From contig MU058718.1 of NCBI GenBank assembly GCA_013265495.1, positions 620,001 to 684,000 of the forward strand: a DNA stretch of 64,000 nt. The letters are read 5' to 3'. Below the pieces are notes generated by a model, which did no database searches, was not told the origin of the DNA, and was given only the letters and a program-made list of their open reading frames with translations. Made by a program: the position numbers and the translations under genes. Source of the DNA: Vicugna vicugna (lineage: Eukaryota). Positions within the stretch are counted from its first letter, which is position 1. Each line of letters starts with the position of its first letter. This document shows, one piece after another, positions 52,870 to 64,000 of the stretch.

Positions 52870-55800
52870 CTGTTTCTGCTGCCTTTTGAATCCCGGGAGT
52901 AAGTACAACATACAGATGATTCCCCCTATAAACGCATACCTCAAGATCCTTCCGTGCGTGCAGCAGACTTCCCACGACCTCGGACATTTACTATGGGGTG
53001 AGAACAGGGCTCCTGCTTTACCCAGGGACACCCCTGTAATGGAATCCCACCTCAGATGTGTCCATGATCTTCAGCCCTGCACTCGCTGTGAGGCAGTCTG
53101 AGTAACCAAGGGTCGGATCACGCCCGCTCTCCCCGAGACCTACACTGCTTCTGAAAGTGCAACGTCGCCTCACTCATAGATCTCTCTGTCATCTGAGCAG
53201 TGGTCTGTCACAACTCACTTTACCTGCTTGTGTTTTGGGAGATTTTCCCATTTTAGTGAAACAGAGAAACTGCTGAGCTGGCCTCCCTGAATACTTTTCA
53301 CTTGGGGCCCCATCCAGAAGTGACTAAAAAGTTTTCCAAAATGAGCGGTGTCTCCCCACGTGTAATCCTGTATGTACACAGGATTACATCTATCTGCTCA
53401 GCCTCTGGTGTTGAACATCTTAACATCTATGGAATACTTTTTTTTTTTAAGTTTGCCAACTCCCTTTCTAAATATCATTACACCTAATTTTCAAAACAAG
53501 CGTGACGGGGCAGGTGGTGAGGAAACAGGCTGGTGGAGGTGAAGTGACTGACGTGCCCCAGGTGCTCCACGCCTGCCCAAGCCCCGGGCCCTAGTCCGGC
53601 GTGGGTGCCCGCTGTCCTCTCGCTGGAAGGATGGTCTGCACGGCTTGGCCTCACCTGCCCACTGTCTTCTTACAGATGAAGCTAAACCTGGATGGCATTA
53701 GAAACTTAATAATAGTTTGAGAGCAAATCTTAGCAGTCTCCAAAGCAGTCGAGAATCAGATTCTGCAAGCAAATAAGACATCATTGCCTATTTCTTCTTC
53801 CTCTGGCTCTGCTGGCGGGTGTGAGTGAATTGAGTGTGCCGGGTGAGGGGAGTACAGCCTCCAGAACATACCATTATGATTATCTAACAATAACAACACT
53901 CTCACTGGCAGCGTCCACTGAAAAGATGAACAGCATGAGGTTTCTTTTACTCTACATGGCAACAAGCTTCTGAAGTTAAAAAAAAAAGTAAAAATATAAA
54001 CTGCTTCATTAGGTCTCAGTGATGCTGGTTACTTTGAGTTTTCTTCCAACTTTAACAGTAGGAACCGAACAAGTTTCTGGATCTTGTCTCAACTAAGACG
54101 CTTTCCAATGTTCCAGAAAAGGATATTTAACAAATGGGGTTAAGTTAAGTAACTGAAGTTTAGTTAACCTTCTCTTAAACTAGCCCTAAAGAAAAGTACT
54201 CATACACCAAAAAGGCCTCTATATCCACATTACAACCCTAAACATGATCTCTGCTCACAGTCCAGAGACACACACCCTCCAAGTCTCTCACTCACAGACC
54301 TGAAAACTACACCATGTTGGCAAAAAGCAACTTCACAGCAGATGCATTACAAAGTGAGCAGTGATATATTCAGGCCCAATTTGCCATGCATTGTCTTATT
54401 AAGTTTTATTTTCTGATAAGTAATCTTTTTTTTCAAACAGAAAAGCTGGCAGTTGTATTAAGACCGTTGCATTTTCACTTACACATTTCTTTTTCTACAG
54501 CTCCATGAAGACTAGGAAAATATTTCTGTTATTATAAAGAACTACACAGTGACGTCAGATGTGCTTGTGAGATTTCCCACCAAACAACATGGGAATGAAT
54601 GATGGCAAAGGACTGAGGAATAATACATACATAAGGGATGGAGCCCCAGTGGGACTGGGAACACACACACACACTCCATCTTCTCCAGACGCGCACACAC
54701 CTGCTCCACCAACTTGGCCTCCAAATCCTCCAGGTCATTATTCCAACTTGTCCTCTCTACCTCGGGTCCCAGACAAGATCCCCTCGTCAAATCTTGAAGA
54801 TTATCCAACAGAAAGAAGTACTTTCCTTCTCACATTCTGAGAGATGGGTGGATCTGATAAGGACAAGCAGATGGAAGGGTTACCGTGGGGAAACTAGCAA
54901 TAGGAAATGGTTTGGTTTGGAGCTGTCTCCCAACTGCAGACAGGAGCTCAGGGATATAGCCCTAGGTTCTAAGTCCGAGAATGGAATCTCTTGTGCCTTA
55001 ATTTCCTCATAAGAAAAGCAAATAAATCCTTCTATCACCAGCCACTTCCAAAGAATGACATGGAGAACAGTGATTTGTGCATCTAAAAGCTCAGTACAAA
55101 GGGTAATGATAAGGCCTTCACTCTGAATGTCCTTGTCTAAAGATCTGTACTCCTATGGACTAAAGGCTTCACTCATGTGCAGGCCTCAGGGTGTCCTCTG
55201 AAATCCAGTCTGAAATCCTGCATCATCTGGAAAGGGAAGAAAATTTAAATGTTCTTGGTTGCAAATTGATATTTTTAGCACTCTTAGAAAAGATTAGACT
55301 GTTTTTCATGTAATTCATTTCTCATAATATTAGCACTTGTGTTTCAAGAGCACGTAGCAGGGAGCTATTGTTGGAGAAGACAAGATTAGAATAAAATGGC
55401 TGAGTTTTAAGGTATATTGCTCATTCTTTTCTTTTGCTGAAAATATCTTCTCAATATCTACTTTCCATTTAGCAGCTATCCCCCCCCGCAATATACATAT
55501 ATATTCCTGGTCCAATGGACTGTAGACATACAAGAATCGCCAGAAAACAACTTTAAATGTTTGACCTTCAGTCCCAATCTCCAAAAATGACGGGAAACTG
55601 GCACGTTTGTGAGTTTCCGCAAATTTCTACCAGTCTGTCAGATACAAAATTCAAACCCGTGTCAAGAAAAACATAAGTGTTGGAATATCTGTCTTCCTTG
55701 TTTCCTCTGCTTCTTCCTGCTGCCTCCTTCTTGTCTCTTTTACTACTTTTAAATGTTACGTAGCACAAAGAAAGGGGAATAGCACTTGAAAAAGGTTTGG

Positions 55801-56789
55801 GGCAGGTTTGGGCAAGCATAATGCAAAATACAAGATTGGGATTATCCAGGGTTCCAATACTCCATGCTTTCCCAAGAGACTGATACACGTATACATATGT
55901 AAAAAAAGGTGTGTGTGTATATATATGTATATATACGCTGCATGCACACACACAAATTATAGGTAGGTAGGTAGAGAGAGAGAGCGAGATTGAATGAATG
56001 AATAAGATTTGGCTGCAGGTCATTAGAGACTATTTAAAAAGCATTCAGATACTAGTATAAACCCCAGGAGACTAATTCAGTAGACAAAAATGCCCTTTTA
56101 ACCAAACAACTCAAACATAGGAGAGAATTTCCTCCTTTCACCAAAGCCAAATATTTTACTGCACTTTAAAAGACTAATTAAAACAATACTGTGGTATTCA
56201 GACACGCGTGGGTTATGGAGAGGAATCTTCACTTCATAAGCAGACGCCGAATCTACGGTGAGAGTCATGCAGGAGTCGCAGGGACTTGTTTCATTAATAT
56301 TCACATATCCACTTGGGAAGGAACCGTAGCTTGGAACTATGATTTCCATTACAAAGCCCTGAAATGCCGGGAATGAGTCATGCCTTGCGCCTGGGCATTG
56401 CACTGATTTTCTCCATTAACCAGGCGCACAAACTGACAACTTCCAGGAGAAAAGCTGAATGAGTCAGTTTTAGAAATAAACCACATCGGAATACTATGCG
56501 TGGAGGAGGTCGGGTAATGGGAACTGAGTTTGGGTTTTTTTTTGGTTCTGGTTTGTTCTCTTTAAATAGAAGCATTCATATAATGTATTTCTCCGAAGAT
56601 AGCCAAAAGCATAGATCCACCCAATTATAAGGATTCTAACACCATAACCCAATTGGTTGCCCAAACACTACATCATGTGGTAAAACTGCTAGGATCAATA
56701 ATAGCTTTTCAAGGACAATTCCACAGCCCTTTAAAACACAGTGTATAACCTTTGGACTGCTTCCAAACATCTTCCCTTGTCCTTTTTCC

Positions 56790-57090
56790 TTTTTATTTAT
56801 TTAAAAAAATTTATTGAAATAGAGTCAGTTTACAATATTGTGTCAATTTCTGGTGTATAGTGTAATGTTTCAGTCATACGTATACATACATATATTCATT
56901 TTCATATTTTCTCGTTATAGTTTACTATAAGGTATTGAATATAGTTCCTTGTGCTGTACAGTATAAACTTGTTAATCTATTTTATATATAGTACTTAGTA
57001 TCTGCAAATCTTGAACTTCCAATTTATCCCTCCCCATCCCCTTTCCCCTCCTGATAACCATTAGTTTGTTTTCTATGTCTGTGAGTCTGA
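56790..57090 (-). mobile_element. Young L1 3' end (sense to SAMD4A)
   Basis: tttattgaaatagagtcagtttacaatattgtgtcaatttctggtgta...ttgaatatagttccttgtgctgtacag...tttgttttctatgtctgtgagtct. Confidence 0.85.
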
Positions 57091-60000
57091 CTTCCTTCTA
57101 CAGGTGTCATCCACTAGCTGACTTTCACAGAGAAATGGGAAGTCGTTAGAAGGTAGCAAGTTAGATAACAAAGTGGACAGAACTCGGGCAGGGCATGAGC
57201 AGTGTTTCAGCAGGTACAAACGAACCTCTGGCTTCAGTGGGAAGCAAAGTGCATGATGCAAGGCTCTGGACCATGGGGACCTCTGTGCATCCTGGCTTGC
57301 TCCCCCTTGCCATTCTAGCTGTGGAGACTGCAGTCCAGATCTCCTCAGATCTCCTCTTTCTTGAGAAGAGCTTCCTATGTTTAAGAGATAAAGGCCGACC
57401 TGACTACCTGGCCACCTATTAAGACAATTTTTAGTTGAGCACATTTTGGGAAGCCCTGCAAGGTGGAAATACTGAAAGTACAAAAAGTAGCACTGGCTAA
57501 CATCTTTTCAGAATTTCTAATCTTAAGTTTGAACCTGGACCATAATATAATTTGGAAACTGAGAGGAATCATGATAAATGGAGAAATCCATATACTCCAA
57601 AAGCGCTTGTAAAGCCAAACTGTGTAGTGATTCAGCCAGGGTGATTACAAGGAGCCAGCCTATCTCTTTTCTAATAAGGACCTGCTGTGGGCTCCTCCGT
57701 CCAGAATTATACTCAGTTGTTCTACATCTTTCCTAGGGCTGGCTTTTTCTTTTTTTGGATTTGGCCTCCAATGTTTAGGCACGAGTCAGTACACACAGAT
57801 GAATAGATGAGCTGAGCTAATTTAAGGGAGCCCTTCCATGGAAGGATTCTTTTTTAGCCCTCTATATTTAGGTTAAGGCTCTGCCTGCACAAAACATTAA
57901 CTGAAGGGCTGACTTTTCTAAATCGTGCAAGTGAGGAATCTCTTTTATGGGATCTTCTTCCTAACAGGCTACTTGCTTGTTCCCTGGGCTCTGATGTCCC
58001 CATAACCCCAGAGCCTTAAAACTGGCCAATTAAGGTGACCTCACTTATATTACAGGGTGGCTCTAACCTCACATTCACAAATGCAGTGAGCACATGCTAT
58101 GCTGGGGATCCAGGCTGGTAAATATTTCAACCAAACAAAACTTGATAAAACTTAATTTGATATGACAACTCGATTGAATTGCTACCAGAAGCCATCATTT
58201 TGATTAAATCACAGAGTTCCTAAGTCTTACATTTAGTAACCAACTCAAGACCTTGAACCTCTCCACTGCTGAAAGGTGAATTCTTATGTTCTTACCCTGT
58301 TGCTTAATCAGACCTAATGAGTGGCTAAGGAATGAGTTTAAGGTTTAGCCCTCAAGCAAAAATTGCAGAAAGATCCCGTGACTTCCTGGGTATAAAATAA
58401 GCTGCTCTCCATGTTATGGGGTTCTCTGTCATTCTTTTAAAATCTCGCCAGTCCCACTGCTTTGGGTGTCATTTGAGGCATGGCTACATTGATGCTAAGG
58501 GATATACCACATTGTCACAATGACAATGTGTCAATGGATTTTCTTCTCATGTTTTTGACATTTCAAGACATCTGCAGAAAGGGAGACTCCATCTGTGTCC
58601 TCCTGCTGGCAGAGACTAAACACCTATGTGGTAGAAACCAAGCCAGGACCCGTTCAGTGTCAGAATGGGCCTTTGGAGAACAGAATCAATTATCCATTAT
58701 CTTCTCTTTTGTTTCTCAAATTCTCGGGCATGCTGGAAAGGTCATTTTAAGCAAGCTGCCGTTGTGATTCTTACTTTTTAAGAGAATTTATATCCAAAAA
58801 GAAACTTAGAACAGCTGCAAAACTCTTGCCTTTCTCTCCCTGAAGATAGAATAAACTGACTTGGCAGCATCATTGCTGCCACTGAATATATTAACTTCTT
58901 AAAGGAGACAAACCTCTTGCCAGGTTCTCACCCATTCTGCAGGGACACAGGCTTCCTTTGCACAACCTCTTCTTCCCATTGAAAAGAATGAGAACGCCCT
59001 GCCTTAATGTTTTGGCATGTCTTTTCGGATGCAAGACGGACGTTAAAATAGATTTAGGCCCCAGCGGGGAGAAGTAAATGAATTTTTTTCACATCCCTCT
59101 CTCCCTTAATTGCATGTGGCGTGAGCGTGGCTTTTCAAGACTCAGAGACGAGACTGCACACTCAGATAGAAGCATGGGAGACTTCAGAAACCAGGGAAGA
59201 GTGGCCCCCAGAGTTAAGGTCTGAAAAAGAAACCAATCCAGATTCATGGGCTGAGGTTTGAAGTTGAAGAGTAATGGCTGTGACTGTTTACACAGACAGA
59301 AGACAGTTATTTAAGGGTGAAATCTGATCTACCTGTAGCTCAGCCAAAATGATGATCTGAGAAAAGTGTTATGCTATTTCTTCTCAGACTCAGCTGCTGA
59401 AGGGCCCGGCGGAGCGGCAGGCCTGCCGGGCTGGGGGCCGCTGCTTCCTCCCAAGGGCTGTAAAGCCACTCACCCTCCTCACCCAACCCCAGGGGCCCAG
59501 GGCCCCCCTGCAGAGCTTCCCCTCAATGATGCCTGGGCATCCTGACAGCAGGTGGGGATTCAGTGGACTTCCAGAATGTTCCTTCTAAGCGGGCTGAGAG
59601 GGTAAATGAAAACAGTCCAAACTTCAAGTGCTAAATGCAACAGGCAGCCTTTCAAGGGCTAAGAGCAACAGATCGCCTGCTTTGCTGACACCGTCACAAA
59701 ACCCCTGGTCAAGAACAAGAAAGCGGTTATTTTTTCACTGATCCTGAGAGCTATTCCCTGTATTGCTTTCTAATTTTGGAAGCACCAAATAAGGACGATT
59801 TTTGGTTCAAGGTGGGGGCTGGAATGTTTATATGACCTCACTCTTTCTTACATAATGTATTAATCAGGCCCTTTAGGCCTGAGTTTGAAGGAGACAAATT
59901 CTCCCTCTGGACATGTGTCACTCGCCCTGAAGTTGATGTGACTTGGCTGTCAGACAGCTGGGGGCAAACTTCACTCTTCAGCAAGGATGTGATGGATAAG

Positions 60001-60509
60001 AAATGGTTTCCAAGATTGGAATATGATGCTCTGATAAACAGCCACAGGAGAAGTATGGAAAAAATGACTCTAAAGCCCACACCAGCAAACACGTCCCATC
60101 ATTTCTGAGCCTACGCATCTACCTTTCTAGCTTGCAAGGGAACCTTTGCGCAAGGGCCTCAGGCACCCACTCTGGAAATCACCCAAGATCCCTTCAGGTG
60201 TGCCTCCACTGCAGACAGAATGCAGACTGGGCCAGAAGATCTCTCTTCCAACTGTTAATGCGGTGATATTTCACTCTCAGTCACTTCGTGGGAAGATGCA
60301 TAGCGGGCTTCAGAGCCACAAATTACTTTATAGTTGCACTTTATCATTTCATTGTTCCCATGTTACAGACAGACTTCTTTGGTAATTGATCTTGATTTGG
60401 TGCACATAGAGATTTATTGTGTGCTACCTTGTTCCAAGAAGAATTTTACACGACTTACAAGTGGTCTTAGTAACTGCTCCTATGTCCCCATAACACTTGA
60501 AAAGCGATA

Positions 60510-60589
60510 CAGTCAGCCCTCCTATCCGTGGGTCCTGCATCCTTGGGCTGAACCCATGGTTGCAGAACCCTGGACAGGAAGGCTGACTG
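60510..60589. mobile_element. 80-bp MER2/Tigger-type MITE consisting only of inverted termini
   Basis: ta|cagtcagccctcctatccgtggg ... ggacaggaaggctgactg|ca; the two halves are reverse-complementary; TA and a decayed TA flank it. Confidence 0.75.
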
Positions 60590-61529
60590 CATTATCCTCT
60601 TGTAACTTAGATGAGTTCTTACAAATTGAACGTAGCCTTTACACAGCTAAAGTTGAAAGCAAATCAAATGTAAGGCATTCCAACCCTCCAATTTTTTACT
60701 TAAAAACAAATCCCAAGATGACGGGCATCCTCTCAGGGGCTCTGTGACTTTGTGCAGCCCTTTCTGAAGTCCTACTGGTCCAGCTATGAGTGCGCAGAGG
60801 AAGGGGCAGACAGCAACAGATCCCATGCCCTCACAAAGCACGACATCTACTGATGCCTGAAAGCAAAGTCTCCTGTGATGGGTTTTGATCATCCCCACCT
60901 CCCCGACACCCTAGCACAGAAAGTAAAGATGACTGCACACATCCCAGAGCTCAGATGAAATTAAAAAAAAAAAAAAGAAAGAGAAACAGCCGACCGTGCC
61001 CTTAAGAAAAAAAAATCTGTAATCTGAAAGGGAAGCAGTAGACAGGGGTACCGCAGGACATTTCCTGCCTGTCACCCCATGCCTCCGCACCTCCCATCTC
61101 TTTGTCCTGAAGTTTGACTTCCTGCTGGGGCTCTGCTGCACATCTTCCCTGAGGTGTTGGTTCAGGCCTACGTGTTGAGCCCTGATAATCCAAGCTTCCA
61201 CTTCATGCCCGCTGGCATTTGGTACACTGCCACGGTCACTGGTCTGAGATGTGGAGACCTACCCTCAGACAGGTTCAGATTCGGCTTCACACACACTGAA
61301 CTCTGGAAGACTGAGTTCATTTCACATTTCAGTCAAGTCCAAGATTCCTGCCACTCAAGATCCTCCACAGCTTGATCCCAAGCTGCCTTCCACTTCTCTT
61401 ACCTTTCCCGACCCTATGCCCCAGGGCAGACCTTGGGCTCCTGCTATCCCTCCATGAGGGGGAGCATCGCCCACCTTCCCTTGAAGGCTAAATCCACCCC
61501 TGTCCTTGAGTAAATTCACTCAACAAACA

Positions 61530-61772
61530 CAAACAGCATTCACTGTGTGCCAGGCGCTGTTCTGAGCACTTGATGTGTCTCACTGAATCCTTACAACAGC
61601 CCTGAGAGGGAGGTACTACCAGTATCCCCGATTGAAAGTCGAGGAAGCAGAGGCACCAAGATGTGACCCTGCCTTGGTGCTCACGGAGCCACGGCCAAGT
61701 AGCAAGGCCAAGGTTCAAAACTGGTGGTCCCGCCCCGGACTCCGTGTTTTTAAGACAATGCCAGGCTGCCTC
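61530..61772 (-). mobile_element. MIR SINE
   Basis: tgtgccaggcgctgttctgagcactt...aatccttacaacagccctgagagggaggtact...gaggaagcagaggcac. Confidence 0.8.
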
Positions 61773-62339
61773 TTTCATAAAACCTGCATGTCCCAACTCC
61801 AGCTAAAATTTCTCTCTCCTCCTAAACTTCTTAGCCCTTTAGGGGTCTCTCTCTTGTGGTCCTACCATTTTCTTCCTAACTTTTGAGATGTTTATGGGCA
61901 TTCCCTCTTTCCTGGTAGCTGGTAAGCTCCGTGAGGACTGGATCCATGTTGTATTGGACGCTCGCCCCGCCCTCTCAGCCGTGAGCCTGCATGTGCTCCG
62001 TGCATGTCCGTCAGTGTTCGTGGATGGGAGAAAGCTGACCAGGAAGGAAGGAGGAGCCCACTCAGCTTAGGGACGCCATGCCGGAGTGAGGAAACACCTC
62101 AGTCTGTTTTCATCCCTGTGTGGCTGTGATTTCTATGTTTACTCTGGTGGTTTTTGGAGCAATTTTGGCTGCTGCGGTAAGTAAGGCAGGTCGTTTGGAA
62201 GATTAAAGCTGTGTCCTGCGTGCTTGGGAGGCAGGAGCAGTCCGGTTGCCCTTTGTGCTTCCCGCATATGAGCCCCTCGGAGAGGCAGCGGTGAGGACAG
62301 TGACAAGAGCTGCAATAACCAGAACAGAAACCACTCTCA

Positions 62340-62515
62340 ATTACCGCACACCCGCGCTGGGCGCCTTCCAGCCAGTGTCTGCAATCAGTTCAGTAACCCT
62401 GCAAGCTAGGCCTTATCACCCTGATTTTACAGATGGGAACTGAGATTCAGAAAGGCTAATTCATTTGGCCAAGGTCGCAAGTAAGACACAGCACAGAGGC
62501 GTGAACCCAGTTCTG
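62340..62515 (-). mobile_element. MIR SINE
   Basis: attttacagatgggaactgagattcagaaaggctaattcatttggccaaggtcgca. Confidence 0.75.
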
Positions 62516-63874
62516 CTCTCCTTGGGGTCGGTCTGGGTCCATCCCATCCACTGGAGCTAAGAAAAGCAAGTCACCTGGCCCACTCATCCTCTGCTCCCTG
62601 GACTCTCTCGGTGGTTCAGTCTTTTAGGCGAAAAGCTACCCTCACACATGCACAGTTCTTCCAGGAAACCAGATGAACAGTAACCTACTTCTACATTGCT
62701 CAGCGAGCCTTTAATTACTGGGAACAGACAGGATCACAGTCACCAGAATGCACCGTGACATCTACGGTGGAGGGGGCGATGGGGGTGGCGGGCAAGGGAT
62801 GCAGCCAGATTTGTTTGGCATCAAAGAGGCAGAGAGAGAACTAAGCATCCTGTTTAGAAGCAAGAATAAACCCCCTTTCATTAATCTATAAAGTTGCCTG
62901 AGTTGGGCCACAACAAACACTCAAAGTCTTCAGAATATCGCCACAAAAACATGTTAGTGGTCTGGGCTGTAAACAGCTGTTTTTCTTCATACAGGAAGAG
63001 TGATGCTTTTCACTCCACAGGGGTGGGGGCAGAAGGGAATCCCTCAAAATGCAGCAGACACTTAAACATGATTCCGCGCTGATTCATCCAATCTGCGACA
63101 GTATTCCACTCACTTTGGGATTCTTGGCGCAAAGTGTTCTCTCAGTGCTGGCAAAATCATCTTTCCACGCTAAGTGATAGACCACTTCCTCTAACATGCT
63201 CTAAAGCTCACAACACGTTTAAGTTAGACTTAATTTTGCATATGAGAGAAAAGTGATGCCATCGCAAGCAGAAATCCTAATAGCCACTGGGGCTGAGTTA
63301 AAAACCAACCACATTAACAGTGGATTCAACGAAAGAGTCGCTTCTGAAGATAAAAAGCCCCCATTAAATAGTCTTCATCTGCTTGTTTCAGCCAGACTTG
63401 ACATACTAGCTACTCATTTCCAGCCATGATGATTTCAAGTCTGCGACTTGCTCCTTTGAGGCAGCATTCCACGGAAAACACATGTTCCGGAGGGACCCTC
63501 TGAAGAGAGAGCCGCAACCTTCCCCTCTCGAAGGGACCCAGAGTTGAGAGCATGTGAATTCTTTAACAGTCCCTGGGCTAAGTCTCCTATAGTGAGTAGA
63601 ATATAAGGAAGAAGACGTGGAGCTATATTTGGGGAATTTCACAGTAATCAACTTATAACAGAGAGCCAGGCAGGACCTAAAACTCAGCAGCCTGGCCACT
63701 GTTCTGGCATCTAAGTGGTGCTTCTTCTCAGTTTAAATTAAAAGAAGACAAAGCCTAGCAGCCTAATCTAAATTTCCTCTGCTCTGTCATCTTCGACGCT
63801 GATCTGAGGTTCCTACTTCTTTCTGTGTCCTTTCCTGGACTTGGAGCTTGATCTTCCAGGGTAACACAGTGGAG

Positions 63875-64000
63875 GGAAGAACCCAGATTCTCTGGGTTCA
63901 GGCTCGGCCTCTGTCCCTCACCAGGTCTGTGACCCTGGGCAAGTGACTTACCTGTCGCCTGTAAAATGGGACTGGTGATAACAGAACCAATTTCATAGGG
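63875..64000 (+). mobile_element. MIR SINE with internal deletion (runs off the window)
   Basis: ctgggttcagg...ctgtgaccctgggcaagtgacttacct[deletion]ctgtaaaatggg...cataggg. Confidence 0.75.

Larger units (their letters stand above)
1..64000 (-). other. SAMD4A: Internal part of the SAMD4A transcription unit (3' part of intron 2, exon 3, intron 3, exon 4, 5' part of intron 4; numbering by analogy with human)
   Basis: Two in-order, in-frame minus-strand exons encode contiguous Smaug1 sequence; neither the N-terminal exon (MMFRDQ...) nor the SAM-domain exon (VPAWLKSLRLHKY) is seen in the window. Confidence 0.9.

Noticed and set aside
54542..54808. Coiled-coil-looking peptide NNDLEDLEAKLVEQVCARLEKME
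   Set aside because: Short, runs into an (AC)n repeat, and has no recognisable parent gene or splice context.
7067..57871. Isolated MEF2 (7067, 38054, 57862) and CArG (40940) consensus matches
   Set aside because: Single AT-rich motifs at roughly chance frequency, without clustering.
58862..59427. Short palindromes tggcagca-tcat-tgctgcca (58862-58881) and cggcaggcctgccg (59414-59427)
   Set aside because: Arms of 7-8 bp occur by chance at this scale.
1..64000. CRISPR arrays, operons, prophage or defence systems
   Set aside because: The sequence is a mammalian intron-dominated locus; no repeat-spacer array or dense coding is present.

Overview
Mammalian nuclear DNA, not prokaryotic; the repeat content points to a camelid (inferred). 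The whole window appears to lie inside SAMD4A (Smaug1, a SAM-domain RNA-binding translational repressor) on the minus strand. Two coding exons with canonical AG/GT boundaries are present: a 519-nt exon at 33829-33311 (human exon 3 equivalent, the circSAMD4A exon) and a 264-nt exon at 3434-3171 (human exon 4 equivalent), separated by a 29.9-kb intron. Both are frame-symmetric (phase 1-1). The rest is intron containing ancient repeats (MIR, L2, L3/CR1, HAL1, L1M, MLT1, MER5/33/82, Tigger15a) and younger L1 3' ends and tRNA-derived SINEs. Apart from L1/HAL1 remnants, the other predicted ORFs look like noise. I found no convincing novel multi-gene system. The best leads are at RNA level: a stop-free circular reading frame in the 519-nt exon flanked by inverted MIRs, an 80-nt pri-miRNA-like MITE hairpin, candidate cryptic or poison microexons behind long AG-free pyrimidine tracts, and a candidate AP-1/TEAD/RUNX enhancer. 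Repeat family names, exon numbering and human/rodent isoform facts come from memory, not from a search; repeat boundaries are approximate.
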